Shown here piece by piece: positions 38,271 through 47,758 of a DNA stretch of 64,000 nucleotides. Location of the stretch: positions 13,349 to 77,348 of IMG/VR virus record IMGVR_UViG_3300045971_000409. The stretch is one strand, 5' to 3'. The first letter of the stretch is position 1, and each line of letters begins with the position of its first letter. Made by a program: the position numbers and the translations under genes. A model generated the notes under the pieces. The model was not told the DNA's origin. It worked only from the letters and a program-made list of their open reading frames with translations, and did not search any database. The stretch comes from a virus.

Positions 38271-39311
38271 ATGAACGTGTATCAGTACAATCAGCGGGCG
38301 TTAAAGAAGAATTTGAACTTCGGAGGAACGCCCGCCGAGCATTTAGCCACAGCCTTCAAGAACCGGCAGTACCATAACTCTATGCACCACACCAAGCAAA
38401 CCCCCGAAGTGGATGCCCTGAATTTTTATCTGGGCAACCACATTTACGCGGTACTAGCTGGTAGCCGTGACCTTTATGCCCCCCTGACCCAAGAAGAGCG
38501 TTACTTAGCCGATACGTACTTCACAATGACCCTGCCAATGGTTCATCGGGCCTTTTCGTATTTGTTCCTTATCTGCATGCGGGAAGCGCGTCACGTCAAA
38601 ATATCGGACGGGACGTGGTGGCCTAAAATGCAGGCCAAGTTTACCCCGGCAGTAGTGCAATTCATGCAGAAGATTCAGCCTATGAGTAATGGGGTACACG
38701 TAGTATCTGCTTTTGTGAGTACGCCCCCGGAACACGTAAGTATCGGGGAACTCACCGAGGCGTTCATGTTCACTTACAAGAATGGCAAGTTTTCCCCCTC
38801 GTACGGAGGGCCCAAGTGGGGAGTAATTGCCGAAGTGTTGCACAATTACACCGTGGGTATCACGTCAGCGGAGATAATGCTTGATATAGTGTGGTCTCTG
38901 GCCCACAATACCGCGTCCATCTTCAATAAGGGGGTAGTATACGAGGGTAGTGGTGGGACCTTAGGCAGCATCCTGGATATTCAGCGGGCAGGACAGATAC
39001 CACAGTTATTGAGCGAGCTACAGAAGCTAGGCCCCAACTACCTCAGCCTACCTGGGTCGTGGACCACCCAAGTACAAATGTCCCTGCTTACCGCGGCTCG
39101 CAAGCTATACCCGGAACTTGGTAGCTTGGTAAATTGGCCAGCAGTGGGTAAATCTGCTATTGGAGGAGTGGCTTGGGTCAACTACAAACAAAAGCAAGAA
39201 CAACATTACGGTGCGACTTCGGTTATTAACGCATCCAATGGAAGTAATGTCTTCTACGTGTCGAGTAAGGAGCAGTACAAAATCCTGACTCGGGCGCAAC
39301 TCGCAGCATAG
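38271..39311 (+). CDS. 346-aa helical protein of unknown function
   Basis: Own promoter and SD hairpin; motif-like REARH, SYGGPKW and LAHNTASIFNKG segments. Confidence 0.75.
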   Translation: MNVYQYNQRALKKNLNFGGTPAEHLATAFKNRQYHNSMHHTKQTPEVDALNFYLGNHIYAVLAGSRDLYAPLTQEERYLADTYFTMTLPMVHRAFSYLFLICMREARHVKISDGTWWPKMQAKFTPAVVQFMQKIQPMSNGVHVVSAFVSTPPEHVSIGELTEAFMFTYKNGKFSPSYGGPKWGVIAEVLHNYTVGITSAEIMLDIVWSLAHNTASIFNKGVVYEGSGGTLGSILDIQRAGQIPQLLSELQKLGPNYLSLPGSWTTQVQMSLLTAARKLYPELGSLVNWPAVGKSAIGGVAWVNYKQKQEQHYGATSVINASNGSNVFYVSSKEQYKILTRAQLAA

Positions 39312-39331
39312 CCCCTTACATGGAGGTAACA

Positions 39332-40165
39332 ATGGGAAAGCCCACAGTAAAATGTAATCTAAAATTGGAGTTCAAGGTGCAAGACGAAGACCGGGATGAT
39401 GTGATAGTAACTCCCTTATCGGCCACGGGAGCACCCCTTGAGTCGTATGTAACTACCGGTAAAATGGCCCCTGCCAGTCAGCGATCTAACGTAGTGCCCT
39501 TCACCCCCAAAGGGGCATCGACTAAATCGACACAGCCAAAGTGCCACCATTCGCATCCGGGGTTACCCATCCTTTGTTCTGATGGGATAACTCGTTTGGT
39601 GTATGGGGGCTCGTGCCTTGACCCTGTAATCAAAGACATGGATATATTCATTGGCTTAGATGGCGGGATGCAACACACAAAGAGACGTTATCCGTGGGAA
39701 CCGGGCCTGGAGTATCTCTTCCCTATCCCTGACATGGGCGTACCTCCCGACCTGAGCTTGTTCAAGTCCCTGATTCAATATCTGTCTGAGCAGATTATGC
39801 TGGACAAAAAGATATTTATTGGGTGTATCGGTGGGCATGGCCGAACAGGATTAGTTCTATCGGTTCTTGTGCAATCAATTGCACAGGAAGCTGATGCGGT
39901 AACTTATGTGCGGGAGCATTATTGTAAAAAGGTAGTCGAGTCCTCCGTGCAAGTTGAGTGGCTAAACAAGAACTTTGGGATAACCAAAGTATCAGCGTCT
40001 AAGACAGGCCACACCGCAGCATCCCTATCCGCAACCGTCGGCTATAAGTCCTCGCTAGAGAGCTACAGTTCGTCGGCCTATCTGCCCAGCAACAATTCAC
40101 CCAAGAAAGAAGTCCATCCCGTGTCTAGCAAGGGGTGTATATGGACGGGTAATACACTGAAATAA
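39332..40165 (+). CDS. Cys-based PTP/dual-specificity phosphatase 2
   Basis: GCIGGHGRTG; PIPDMGVP; ESSVQ; start moved to ATG 39332 after GGAGGT. Confidence 0.88.
   Translation: MGKPTVKCNLKLEFKVQDEDRDDVIVTPLSATGAPLESYVTTGKMAPASQRSNVVPFTPKGASTKSTQPKCHHSHPGLPILCSDGITRLVYGGSCLDPVIKDMDIFIGLDGGMQHTKRRYPWEPGLEYLFPIPDMGVPPDLSLFKSLIQYLSEQIMLDKKIFIGCIGGHGRTGLVLSVLVQSIAQEADAVTYVREHYCKKVVESSVQVEWLNKNFGITKVSASKTGHTAASLSATVGYKSSLESYSSSAYLPSNNSPKKEVHPVSSKGCIWTGNTLK
39868..39885. promoter_or_regulatory. 18-bp palindrome copy 8, inside phosphatase 2
   Basis: TGTGCAATCAATTGCACA. Confidence 0.85.
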
Positions 40166-40166
40166 C

Positions 40167-40195
40167 TTTACTTTCACCCCGGAATACTCTATAAT
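40167..40195 (+). promoter_or_regulatory. Sigma70-type promoter
   Basis: TTTACT-N17-TATAAT. Confidence 0.65.
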
Positions 40196-40231
40196 CTTCT
40201 TAATACATACCACTACAAGGAGGTAATCATT

Positions 40232-41014
40232 ATGTCAGTAATTTATGGGGGTGCTTTGGATATCGGTAAAGTATTCACTGCCTTCCACTTGGAGGGGGAA
40301 TACGAGGCCCTCAAGAATAATGGGGTACAGGTTAAGAGCGGGGTAAACAAGCTCTTGTTTATTAAGTACGGGTCCACCCTCAAGACCGTTACCCTACCGG
40401 GGGGCAGCATTGATCAGGCTATGAAAGGGGAACTTATGCCTCTTTCGTTTAGCCATCTCAAAGGGCAGTTGGAAACGGCTATCGAACAGGCTCTTGCTAT
40501 GGCCAATACGACACCGGGGTCTACGCCATCAACCCCTAAGAAGAAATGGACTTCTTCTTACGGTGCGACCCCAAACCCCAAGCCCAATTTTACCCCGCCC
40601 CCAGGGGCTTCGGGACCCGAACCAAGCCAGTTCGCTACGCCTACGACGCTTTCGTTTGGCCATCCTTCTAAGTATGGGGAACCGGACTGTACTCTGTACA
40701 GCGCACTGGCCCTCTACCAGAAGGTACCGGGCACCACCGCAGGCAGTCTCTACACGGTAGTAGCCATGGGACCGGGTATCAATATGGCGGCCAGGGTACA
40801 AGGGCAGAAGGTATCTATTCGGGTACAGGGGTCGAATTTCCAGCAGTACAAGCCCATGTTCCTGGCTAATGATTTCACGGTGCATGAGTCTCACGCTTCC
40901 ATCCACATTGACTGTGAAACTTCGGTTCGAGTTGGGCGGGTAATAGGGGCGGTAATTATGGGGCTAGGAATCTTTCAGTCACCGTTACCTGACCTCAAAA
41001 AACTGGTAGCATAG
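40232..41014 (+). CDS. Two-domain hypothetical protein with a Pro-rich linker
   Basis: Promoter and SD hairpin upstream. Confidence 0.7.
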   Translation: MSVIYGGALDIGKVFTAFHLEGEYEALKNNGVQVKSGVNKLLFIKYGSTLKTVTLPGGSIDQAMKGELMPLSFSHLKGQLETAIEQALAMANTTPGSTPSTPKKKWTSSYGATPNPKPNFTPPPGASGPEPSQFATPTTLSFGHPSKYGEPDCTLYSALALYQKVPGTTAGSLYTVVAMGPGINMAARVQGQKVSIRVQGSNFQQYKPMFLANDFTVHESHASIHIDCETSVRVGRVIGAVIMGLGIFQSPLPDLKKLVA

Positions 41015-41022
41015 GGGGTATT

Positions 41023-41262
41023 ATGAGTGAACTTATCGACTTCGCCAATGCCGTGAAAGACATGAATCTAGGGGATGTGTTCAGCGTGGGCACCCCCTTT
41101 CCTCCGTTGAGCGCGGAGCCTTTAGAGTGGTCCTGCATTGCCGTGAAAGAGAGGGACGGACTGCCGGTAAAAACCTTTGTCCTACATTGGTTAGGGGTTC
41201 TAATCGACTCACGGGAATTAATCGTCAATACGGATGGTAGCGTACGCTGCAAGGGAGTATAA
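41023..41262 (+). CDS. Hypothetical protein
   Basis: Compact operon spacing; RBS AGGGGG. Confidence 0.55.
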   Translation: MSELIDFANAVKDMNLGDVFSVGTPFPPLSAEPLEWSCIAVKERDGLPVKTFVLHWLGVLIDSRELIVNTDGSVRCKGV

Positions 41263-41265
41263 ACC

Positions 41266-41679
41266 ATGCTGAATCCTACTACGTTTTACAAGATGGCGGA
41301 CCTTCTGGGAATGACTCTGAGCCTGGAGAAAGGTAGAGTCTACGGGTCTGTGGGTGTGGCCGTAAAAGATACCCCTTACAAACTGAACATGACCGTGATA
41401 GATTACGCCAACCTGAAAGACGAGGACACCAAAGCCAGTGGGGTACATTGTCTGCTCATCAACATAGGCAGTAAGGGCTACTTCCTTTTGACGGATAATA
41501 GTCGCAGCAACTCTCTGGTATTTGTGAACTCGGACAAACTGCCCATCAGTCTCGCCACCCTAAAGCTCGCCAAGTGTGCCTCTACTCCCCGCGAGTTATT
41601 CGCCTATTTGAAGCCGGGCATTGTAGCCGCCTGGAAATTCAATCGGGGCACTGAGGTATGGGACCCCCTGCCATGCTGA
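41266..41679 (+). CDS. Hypothetical protein
   Basis: RBS GGGAG; overlaps the polymerase start. Confidence 0.6.
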   Translation: MLNPTTFYKMADLLGMTLSLEKGRVYGSVGVAVKDTPYKLNMTVIDYANLKDEDTKASGVHCLLINIGSKGYFLLTDNSRSNSLVFVNSDKLPISLATLKLAKCASTPRELFAYLKPGIVAAWKFNRGTEVWDPLPC

Positions 41680-44138
41680 TTATCTGGACTACTGCTAAAA
41701 CAGGAAGAGTGCGGGAGGCCATAGGTTCTGTGATAAAACAGCACCATGGTCTGCCGCACAAGATTATCTCGGACTTCACCAAGCTACCCGACTCTGAACC
41801 GGGGGATATCATCATAGCGTGTGGGACCAAGGCGGTAGAAGTGCTATCGTCTTTCCAGATATGCCCCAAGAACAGAACCGTCACTTCCATGCGGGGCAAG
41901 CCCCTAACCAATAATGGGCGGACCTTCCTCTGCACCTTTGATGCGAATATCCTGGATAAGGAGCCCGCCTTGGTGGACTCTATCAACTGGGATGCACAAC
42001 TAGCCATAAGACTTCTCAAAACCGGACAGATGGAACCCATCCTGGGCAAGTATACCTGGGTGGATGATTTTCTTGACGTGATCCTTTACGTTGAGCAGCA
42101 GTATGCCAAGACTCGGAAACCAGTACCAGTGGCCCTTGACCTTGAGACTATGGGCCTGGATTACATGAACAGTTCCAAGAGGATAGTTTCGATAGCTTTT
42201 ACGGCGAGACCCAAAACGTCCCAACTGTTGTACCTGGATTTATCCGGCAAGCCCTCCCCCGAAGTCCTCCGACAGATCGAGTGGCTCATAACCAGTCCGC
42301 TGGTAACGCTTCGCGGGGCCAACCTTAAATACGATAGTCTCTGGATACAGTCCAAATGGGGCATACGCATAGAGAATTTCTGGTTTGACACCACCCTGGT
42401 CGGCTCCCTGCTCAACGAGAATCGTAGCAACAGTCTGAATAACCACACCAAGATATATGTTACTGAGCTGGGGGGCTATGATGATGCCTTCAGCTTGAAA
42501 TATGATAAAGCTCACATGGAACTGGTGCCCAAGGACGACCTGCTCACCTACGCTGGGGGGGATACTGATGCTTGTTTGCGGGTTTCTGAGGCGTTACGGG
42601 AAGAGCTAGTGGAAGACCCCAAGCTGGCCAACTTCTACCAGAAGTGTCTTCACCCTGCGGCACGTGCTTTTGAGGATTTGGAGCTGGAAGGGGTACTGGC
42701 CGACTATGACTACTACATGCACCCGGAAATTGTGTACAAGAAGAATGAAAATGGTCATATCAAATACGACAAGAACGGGCTGCCGGACATTGAAAAGGGA
42801 TTGGATAAACTGCTGGACAAGACCATCCAAGACCTTACGGATACCTTGCTCGGACTCATACCGGCCAAGATACGCTACAAATACGCGGACAAGTTAAAGC
42901 TCGGTACCAAAGGGGTATTGCAAGACTACTTCTTCTCCCCGCTCGGGTTCAACCTCAAGCCCCTGATACTAACGGACAAAACCAAACAGCCTTCCACAGC
43001 GATGAAGCATCTTCTCCAATTCGATGAAGTACCAGAAGTCAAGAACTTCGTCACCATCCTCAAGCGATTGAATTCAGCCACCAAAACCAAGACCACATAC
43101 ATTACGGGCTTCTTCAAGTTCCTGCGGGAAGACGGCAGATTCCATGGCTCATACATTCTGCATAAGGGTGGCGTTGAAGGCGGAGACAACGATCAGGAAG
43201 CAGGGACCGATACTGGACGTTCCAGTTGCAAGGACCCGGCCCTGCAAACGGTACCCAAGCATACCATCTGGGCCAAGAAACTGCGGCGAGGATTCATAGC
43301 CCCTGAGGACTGTATTATCGTCAACATCGACTACTCCCAGGGGGAGTTGAAGATTGCGGCGTGTCTCGCCAACGAGACCACCATGATTCAGGCGTACCTC
43401 AATGGCATCGACCTGCATCTGGTTACCGGGGGACGGGCTTCGGGCTCCACACTGGAAGACCTGCTGGCCATGAAGAAATACGCGGATGAGAATCCCGACA
43501 GTGATGAGGCTGCTCTCTTCGCGGAGATACGCCAAAAGGGCAAGGCTGGTAACTTCGGCTTCATCTATGGGATGGGACCGGAGGGGTTCATGTCCTACGC
43601 CAAGTATAATTACGGGGTGATATTCTCCCTGCAAGAGGCGGTAGATTTTCGTAATGGCTATTTCGCCACCTACCCTCGACTCCTGGAGTGGCATAAAGAG
43701 TGCAAGGCTATTGCCAAGCGGGATGGGCAAATACGTTCTCCCCTGGGCCGACTACGCCATGTACCTCACATCTACTCTCCCGACCAGGGGGTACGGTCTC
43801 TGGCGGAAAGACAGTCGGTAAACTCCCCGGTACAGGGGACCTTGTCGGACATGGCTTCTATGGCTCTAGGCATATTCAAAGAGCAATACGGTAGGCCCGC
43901 CAATTGTCGCCCCTTCCTCATGACCCATGACGCCAATACCTTTTACATGCACAAGAGTGAAGCAGGCGTCTGGATTCCTCGGGTCGTAGATATCATGGAA
44001 AATCTGCCGTTGGAGGAGAATTTCGGTTGGCGGGCGCAGCTTAAATTCACGGTAGATGTGGAAACCGGATTGAACATGGCGGAGCTTAAAAAATACCCTC
44101 ACAAATACAATCCACCCCCACAAGGAATTATACTGTGA
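41673..44138 (+). CDS. polA: Family A DNA polymerase with 3'-5' exonuclease and an N-terminal UDG-like remnant
   Basis: Exonuclease motifs DLET, NLKYD, YAGGD; TGRSSCKDPALQTVP; motif A DYSQGEL; motif B RQKGKAGNFGFIYG; motif C THDA. Confidence 0.95.
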   Translation: MLIIWTTAKTGRVREAIGSVIKQHHGLPHKIISDFTKLPDSEPGDIIIACGTKAVEVLSSFQICPKNRTVTSMRGKPLTNNGRTFLCTFDANILDKEPALVDSINWDAQLAIRLLKTGQMEPILGKYTWVDDFLDVILYVEQQYAKTRKPVPVALDLETMGLDYMNSSKRIVSIAFTARPKTSQLLYLDLSGKPSPEVLRQIEWLITSPLVTLRGANLKYDSLWIQSKWGIRIENFWFDTTLVGSLLNENRSNSLNNHTKIYVTELGGYDDAFSLKYDKAHMELVPKDDLLTYAGGDTDACLRVSEALREELVEDPKLANFYQKCLHPAARAFEDLELEGVLADYDYYMHPEIVYKKNENGHIKYDKNGLPDIEKGLDKLLDKTIQDLTDTLLGLIPAKIRYKYADKLKLGTKGVLQDYFFSPLGFNLKPLILTDKTKQPSTAMKHLLQFDEVPEVKNFVTILKRLNSATKTKTTYITGFFKFLREDGRFHGSYILHKGGVEGGDNDQEAGTDTGRSSCKDPALQTVPKHTIWAKKLRRGFIAPEDCIIVNIDYSQGELKIAACLANETTMIQAYLNGIDLHLVTGGRASGSTLEDLLAMKKYADENPDSDEAALFAEIRQKGKAGNFGFIYGMGPEGFMSYAKYNYGVIFSLQEAVDFRNGYFATYPRLLEWHKECKAIAKRDGQIRSPLGRLRHVPHIYSPDQGVRSLAERQSVNSPVQGTLSDMASMALGIFKEQYGRPANCRPFLMTHDANTFYMHKSEAGVWIPRVVDIMENLPLEENFGWRAQLKFTVDVETGLNMAELKKYPHKYNPPPQGIIL

Positions 44139-44312
44139 ACCATCCATATTTCAGTTCTACCAAGATGGAACTCCTCAACCTATACCCTACCCTCACCCCT
44201 TTTATTCAAAAAGGCCCAAAAAGGATTATAACCGGAGCATTTTCTCGAAAAAAGTAGCATTTCTCCGGCCCCTCTGCTATGGTTTGACAAACACACTTAG
44301 GAGGTACTACCC

Positions 44313-45875
44313 ATGGCAGAACCAACCCCATTGAAAGGAAAACTAACCGCCATCAAAAAGCCCCCGGTTAGTGGCTCGGTAGTACCCCAAAACTCTTCGT
44401 TTATCGAGGATAGTTTTGCTCAGTTCTACCTATCGGCGGGTAGTTCTTATGGGGTGCTACAGCCCCCCTACGACTACAACGATCTGGCTTCCCGAGCAGA
44501 GGAAAACAATACCCTACCTCAGTGCATTGAGGCCATGGAAGTAAACATTGATGGTACGGGACACGTCATTGAGGACCCAGCGAAAACCAATTCAGCCACC
44601 GACCCCACCGCCATAAAACTGAGTGACTTTTTCAAAGAGCCTTATCCGGGGGAGACTACGGTAGCCATTCGTCGCAGGCTACGTAATGACCTGGAAAAAA
44701 TGGGGGGTGGGTACTTGGAGATTCTGCGGACCATAACGGGAGATTTGGTGGGCTTCCGGCGCGTGGACCCCACCCTCATGAGGCTGGTACGTCTGGACCC
44801 CGCGGTACCTGTAAAAAAGACTCTACGCCGGGGAGGGGCAGATGTTGAATTTACCATGTATGTCCGAGACCGTCGTTTTGTGCAGATACTCAACGGCACC
44901 AACCTCACTTATTTTGCGGAGTATGGGTCCTCTCGGGACCTAGACAAAACGACAGGACTATGGGCACCCCAGGGTACAACCCTGCCAGCCGACAAGCGGG
45001 CCACGGAAATGCTCTACTTCCCCTGCAAAGTCACCCACAAAAGCCCCTATGGTATCCCCCGATGGATACCCCAAGCCCCTTCGGTAGTCGGCTCGCGCAA
45101 GGCCGAGGAATTCAATCTGGAGTTCTTCAACAATGGTGGCGTGCCTCCCTTCATCGTGTTCCTCTCCGGCGGACAGCTTCTTGACGAATCCCGCAAGGCC
45201 ATGGAAGGTATGCTCAATGGGGCAGCAAAAAAGAAACAACGAGCCTTTATCTTCGAGATTGCCCCCACCGGAGGTTCCCTTACTGACGCAGCCCGAGCTG
45301 ATGTTAAGGTAGAACGCTTTGGCGGCGAGCGTACCCAGGATGCCATGTTTCTCAAGTATGATGCCAACTGCGAGTCCCATGTTCGCAGTGGTTATAGGTT
45401 ACCCCCACTCTTCATCGGCAAGGCTGAGGACTACTCCTACGCCTCTGCCTACGCATCCTACATGGTAGCTGAGGCCCAAGTATTCAGCCCTGAGCGCATT
45501 GCTTTCGATGATCGTATCAATGCCACCCTAATGCGGGAACTGGACCCCACCGGGAAGTATCTTTTCCGTTCCAAGTCCATCACTGTCATTGATATCCAGA
45601 ACAAGCTCAAGGCAATTGAGGTGGCCACTCCCAACATGGACGGACGGGACGTGATTGATGCCATCAACGAAGCAACCTCTATGGACTTGAAGTACACCAA
45701 GCCCAAGGAGCCCATCATTCCCAAAGGTGGAGCTAATCCTTTGGACCCCAATGCCCCACCCACACAAAATCCTATCACGGCAGACGGCGGGACGGATTCC
45801 AATACCGAGGGGAAGCCCCGTCCAGTAGTGGGTAAACCGACAGACGATAAGAAACTGAAACCCGCGGGGCACTAA
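44313..45875 (+). CDS. Phage portal protein (PBSX-like)
   Basis: DLEKMGGGYLEI; YGIPRWI; FNLEFFNNGGVP; YRLPPLFIG..YSYASA; RBS AGGAGGT. Confidence 0.85.
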   Translation: MAEPTPLKGKLTAIKKPPVSGSVVPQNSSFIEDSFAQFYLSAGSSYGVLQPPYDYNDLASRAEENNTLPQCIEAMEVNIDGTGHVIEDPAKTNSATDPTAIKLSDFFKEPYPGETTVAIRRRLRNDLEKMGGGYLEILRTITGDLVGFRRVDPTLMRLVRLDPAVPVKKTLRRGGADVEFTMYVRDRRFVQILNGTNLTYFAEYGSSRDLDKTTGLWAPQGTTLPADKRATEMLYFPCKVTHKSPYGIPRWIPQAPSVVGSRKAEEFNLEFFNNGGVPPFIVFLSGGQLLDESRKAMEGMLNGAAKKKQRAFIFEIAPTGGSLTDAARADVKVERFGGERTQDAMFLKYDANCESHVRSGYRLPPLFIGKAEDYSYASAYASYMVAEAQVFSPERIAFDDRINATLMRELDPTGKYLFRSKSITVIDIQNKLKAIEVATPNMDGRDVIDAINEATSMDLKYTKPKEPIIPKGGANPLDPNAPPTQNPITADGGTDSNTEGKPRPVVGKPTDDKKLKPAGH

Positions 45876-45926
45876 GTTCCACAGTCGGCATGACGTTTTA
45901 CGTCACCGAGGCAGGAGTATGATTGA

Positions 45927-46472
45927 ATGAAGATTATGGGTATCGACACGGGTAAAACCTCTGGGGTATGCGTAGTAGAGTGTACCCAAATGAATAAGCC
46001 GGAACTGCTCATGGCGGGGGTAATCAAAGCCCCCGCCAAACTCAAACGATTTGCCCGGTTTGTCCGTCAGGTAGAGCAGATTGCGGAGGCAATACACGAA
46101 CACAAACCAGACCAGATTTGGATAGAGGGATATGCTGTAAAATTCCGTGGGGCGGCTATCAACCTCATTGAGTATGGTGGGGTTCTTCGGTATGAATTGC
46201 ACATGGCCGACATTTCCTGGCAGGAAGTGGCCCCCACTTCTGCCAAGCTCTTCGCGGCCGCCTACGGAAAGGCTACTAAAGAGCAACTGGCCGAGGCTAT
46301 CAAAGGCACATGGGGCCTTGAGCATCCCGACTACAACGTAACGGACTCCATAGGAATAGCCCTATTTGGGCTGGCAGTGCATGGCAGGCTCATCAATTCG
46401 GCGGCCCAAATGTCACCTGTCTACACCTGGATGGAAAAGAATTCTGCGACACTTAACGGAGTAACTATCTGA
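45927..46472 (+). CDS. ruvC: RuvC-like Holliday junction resolvase
   Basis: IMGIDTG; IWIEGY; PTSAK..GKATKEQ; DSIGIA. Confidence 0.85.
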   Translation: MKIMGIDTGKTSGVCVVECTQMNKPELLMAGVIKAPAKLKRFARFVRQVEQIAEAIHEHKPDQIWIEGYAVKFRGAAINLIEYGGVLRYELHMADISWQEVAPTSAKLFAAAYGKATKEQLAEAIKGTWGLEHPDYNVTDSIGIALFGLAVHGRLINSAAQMSPVYTWMEKNSATLNGVTI

Positions 46473-46478
46473 TTTAAT

Positions 46479-46507
46479 TTGCGATTTAATCCAGTACCCT
46501 ATATACT
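46479..46507 (+). promoter_or_regulatory. Sigma70-type promoter (TTGCG class)
   Basis: TTGCGA-N17-TATACT. Confidence 0.75.
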
Positions 46508-46553
46508 ATAACCATATCAACCACCACAACAGCACAATACAAGGAGGTACACC

Positions 46554-46685
46554 ATGGATGCGTCACAAGGAATGAAAAGATGGTATGATTTTCTAAAAAG
46601 CCGCAGTAAAACCACAAAGACCTTCACCCTCAACGATATTATGATTTGGGAAAAGGAGGTACACAATGACAGCACTACCGATTGA
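46554..46685 (+). CDS. 43-aa protein not in the ORF track
   Basis: Follows a promoter and TACAAGGAGGTA; MDASQG...STTD*. Confidence 0.55.
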   Translation: MDASQGMKRWYDFLKSRSKTTKTFTLNDIMIWEKEVHNDSTTD

Positions 46686-46981
46686 CAGGTGGAAAAAATG
46701 GGAAGCCGCATCTAATGTAAAAGAGATACTCACTGAGCGCGGAATAGAACCCAACCCCAACTATGTAGAGACAATATACCCCCACCAAAGACAAAAACAG
46801 AGGCAGGAATTCAAGAGAAAGAATGAAAAACTTGTACCTTTCGACCAACTTGATTTTCCCAGTCAGTGCATGTCCGTATTCCTTATATTTGGTAATATAT
46901 TGTGGGCAATTATCACAGGGGTGGCGCTAGTCCTTTCTGTTGTTGTCCTATTATTTATGGGGGGCGGCGGCGGGGGAAGGC

Positions 46982-47641
46982 ATGAGTGAACAACCGGATT
47001 GCGTAATAGGAAGGCACAACACTGATCTAACCGGGCTCCGATGGCCCAAGCGTATCATTGGTCGATCTCGTCTGCATAAGTGCTACACTCTCCGGGGCAT
47101 GACCCATTGGATTTTCGCCTGGGATGAGAAGGACGCTATTGCCCTGATGGTTCACTTTAAATTGGTGACAGACCCCAAGTATGTGACCAAAGTTCGCAAC
47201 TACTGGGACAGTAACACCAAGATGCCTGAACTCTACGACTCCACCAAACTCATCGCTAAACTCGGGGTGCGGGGCATGGGGGAGCCTATAGCCACGCCTG
47301 ATGGGGAATCCTTTTGGCGACTTACGGATTTTGTGGATGGCAGGGAACATGACATGCTGCCCAACCTACTCGAAGAGGGGGCATTTAGTTACCTGTACCA
47401 GCCCAAGTCTGAACAGCCCAAAGTACCCAAAGAAATCCCCACTGGAGTTGAAGAACTGGCCAAGAAGTTCATGACGTACCTACAGCGGGAAAAGCCAAAG
47501 CTAATGGTAGAAGAAATGGAAGAGCTGTGGAAGGTGTACCAGGAGGGGGCTTATGGCGGCTTGAGTATGCCTCCGGTACCACGGGACCGCTTCAAAAGAC
47601 ACTACCGCAAATATCTGAGCGAGAAAAAGAAACAAGATTAA
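46982..47641 (+). CDS. Hypothetical protein
   Basis: Long ORF; likely start MSEQ. Confidence 0.6.
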   Translation: MSEQPDCVIGRHNTDLTGLRWPKRIIGRSRLHKCYTLRGMTHWIFAWDEKDAIALMVHFKLVTDPKYVTKVRNYWDSNTKMPELYDSTKLIAKLGVRGMGEPIATPDGESFWRLTDFVDGREHDMLPNLLEEGAFSYLYQPKSEQPKVPKEIPTGVEELAKKFMTYLQREKPKLMVEEMEELWKVYQEGAYGGLSMPPVPRDRFKRHYRKYLSEKKKQD

Positions 47642-47653
47642 GCACTTACGTTT

Positions 47654-47671
47654 TGTGCAATTAACTGCACA
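47654..47671. promoter_or_regulatory. 18-bp palindrome copy 9
   Basis: TGTGCAATTAACTGCACA, 24 bp upstream of the promoter at 47696. Confidence 0.85.
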
Positions 47672-47695
47672 AGATTCATTTTCAAAGCATTTCAC

Positions 47696-47724
47696 TTGCG
47701 TACTTTCGCGGACCCCACTATACT
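47696..47724 (+). promoter_or_regulatory. Sigma70-type promoter (TTGCG class)
   Basis: TTGCGT-N17-TATACT. Confidence 0.7.
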
Positions 47725-47758
47725 TACACTATATCATCCACACACAAGGAGGTACCCA

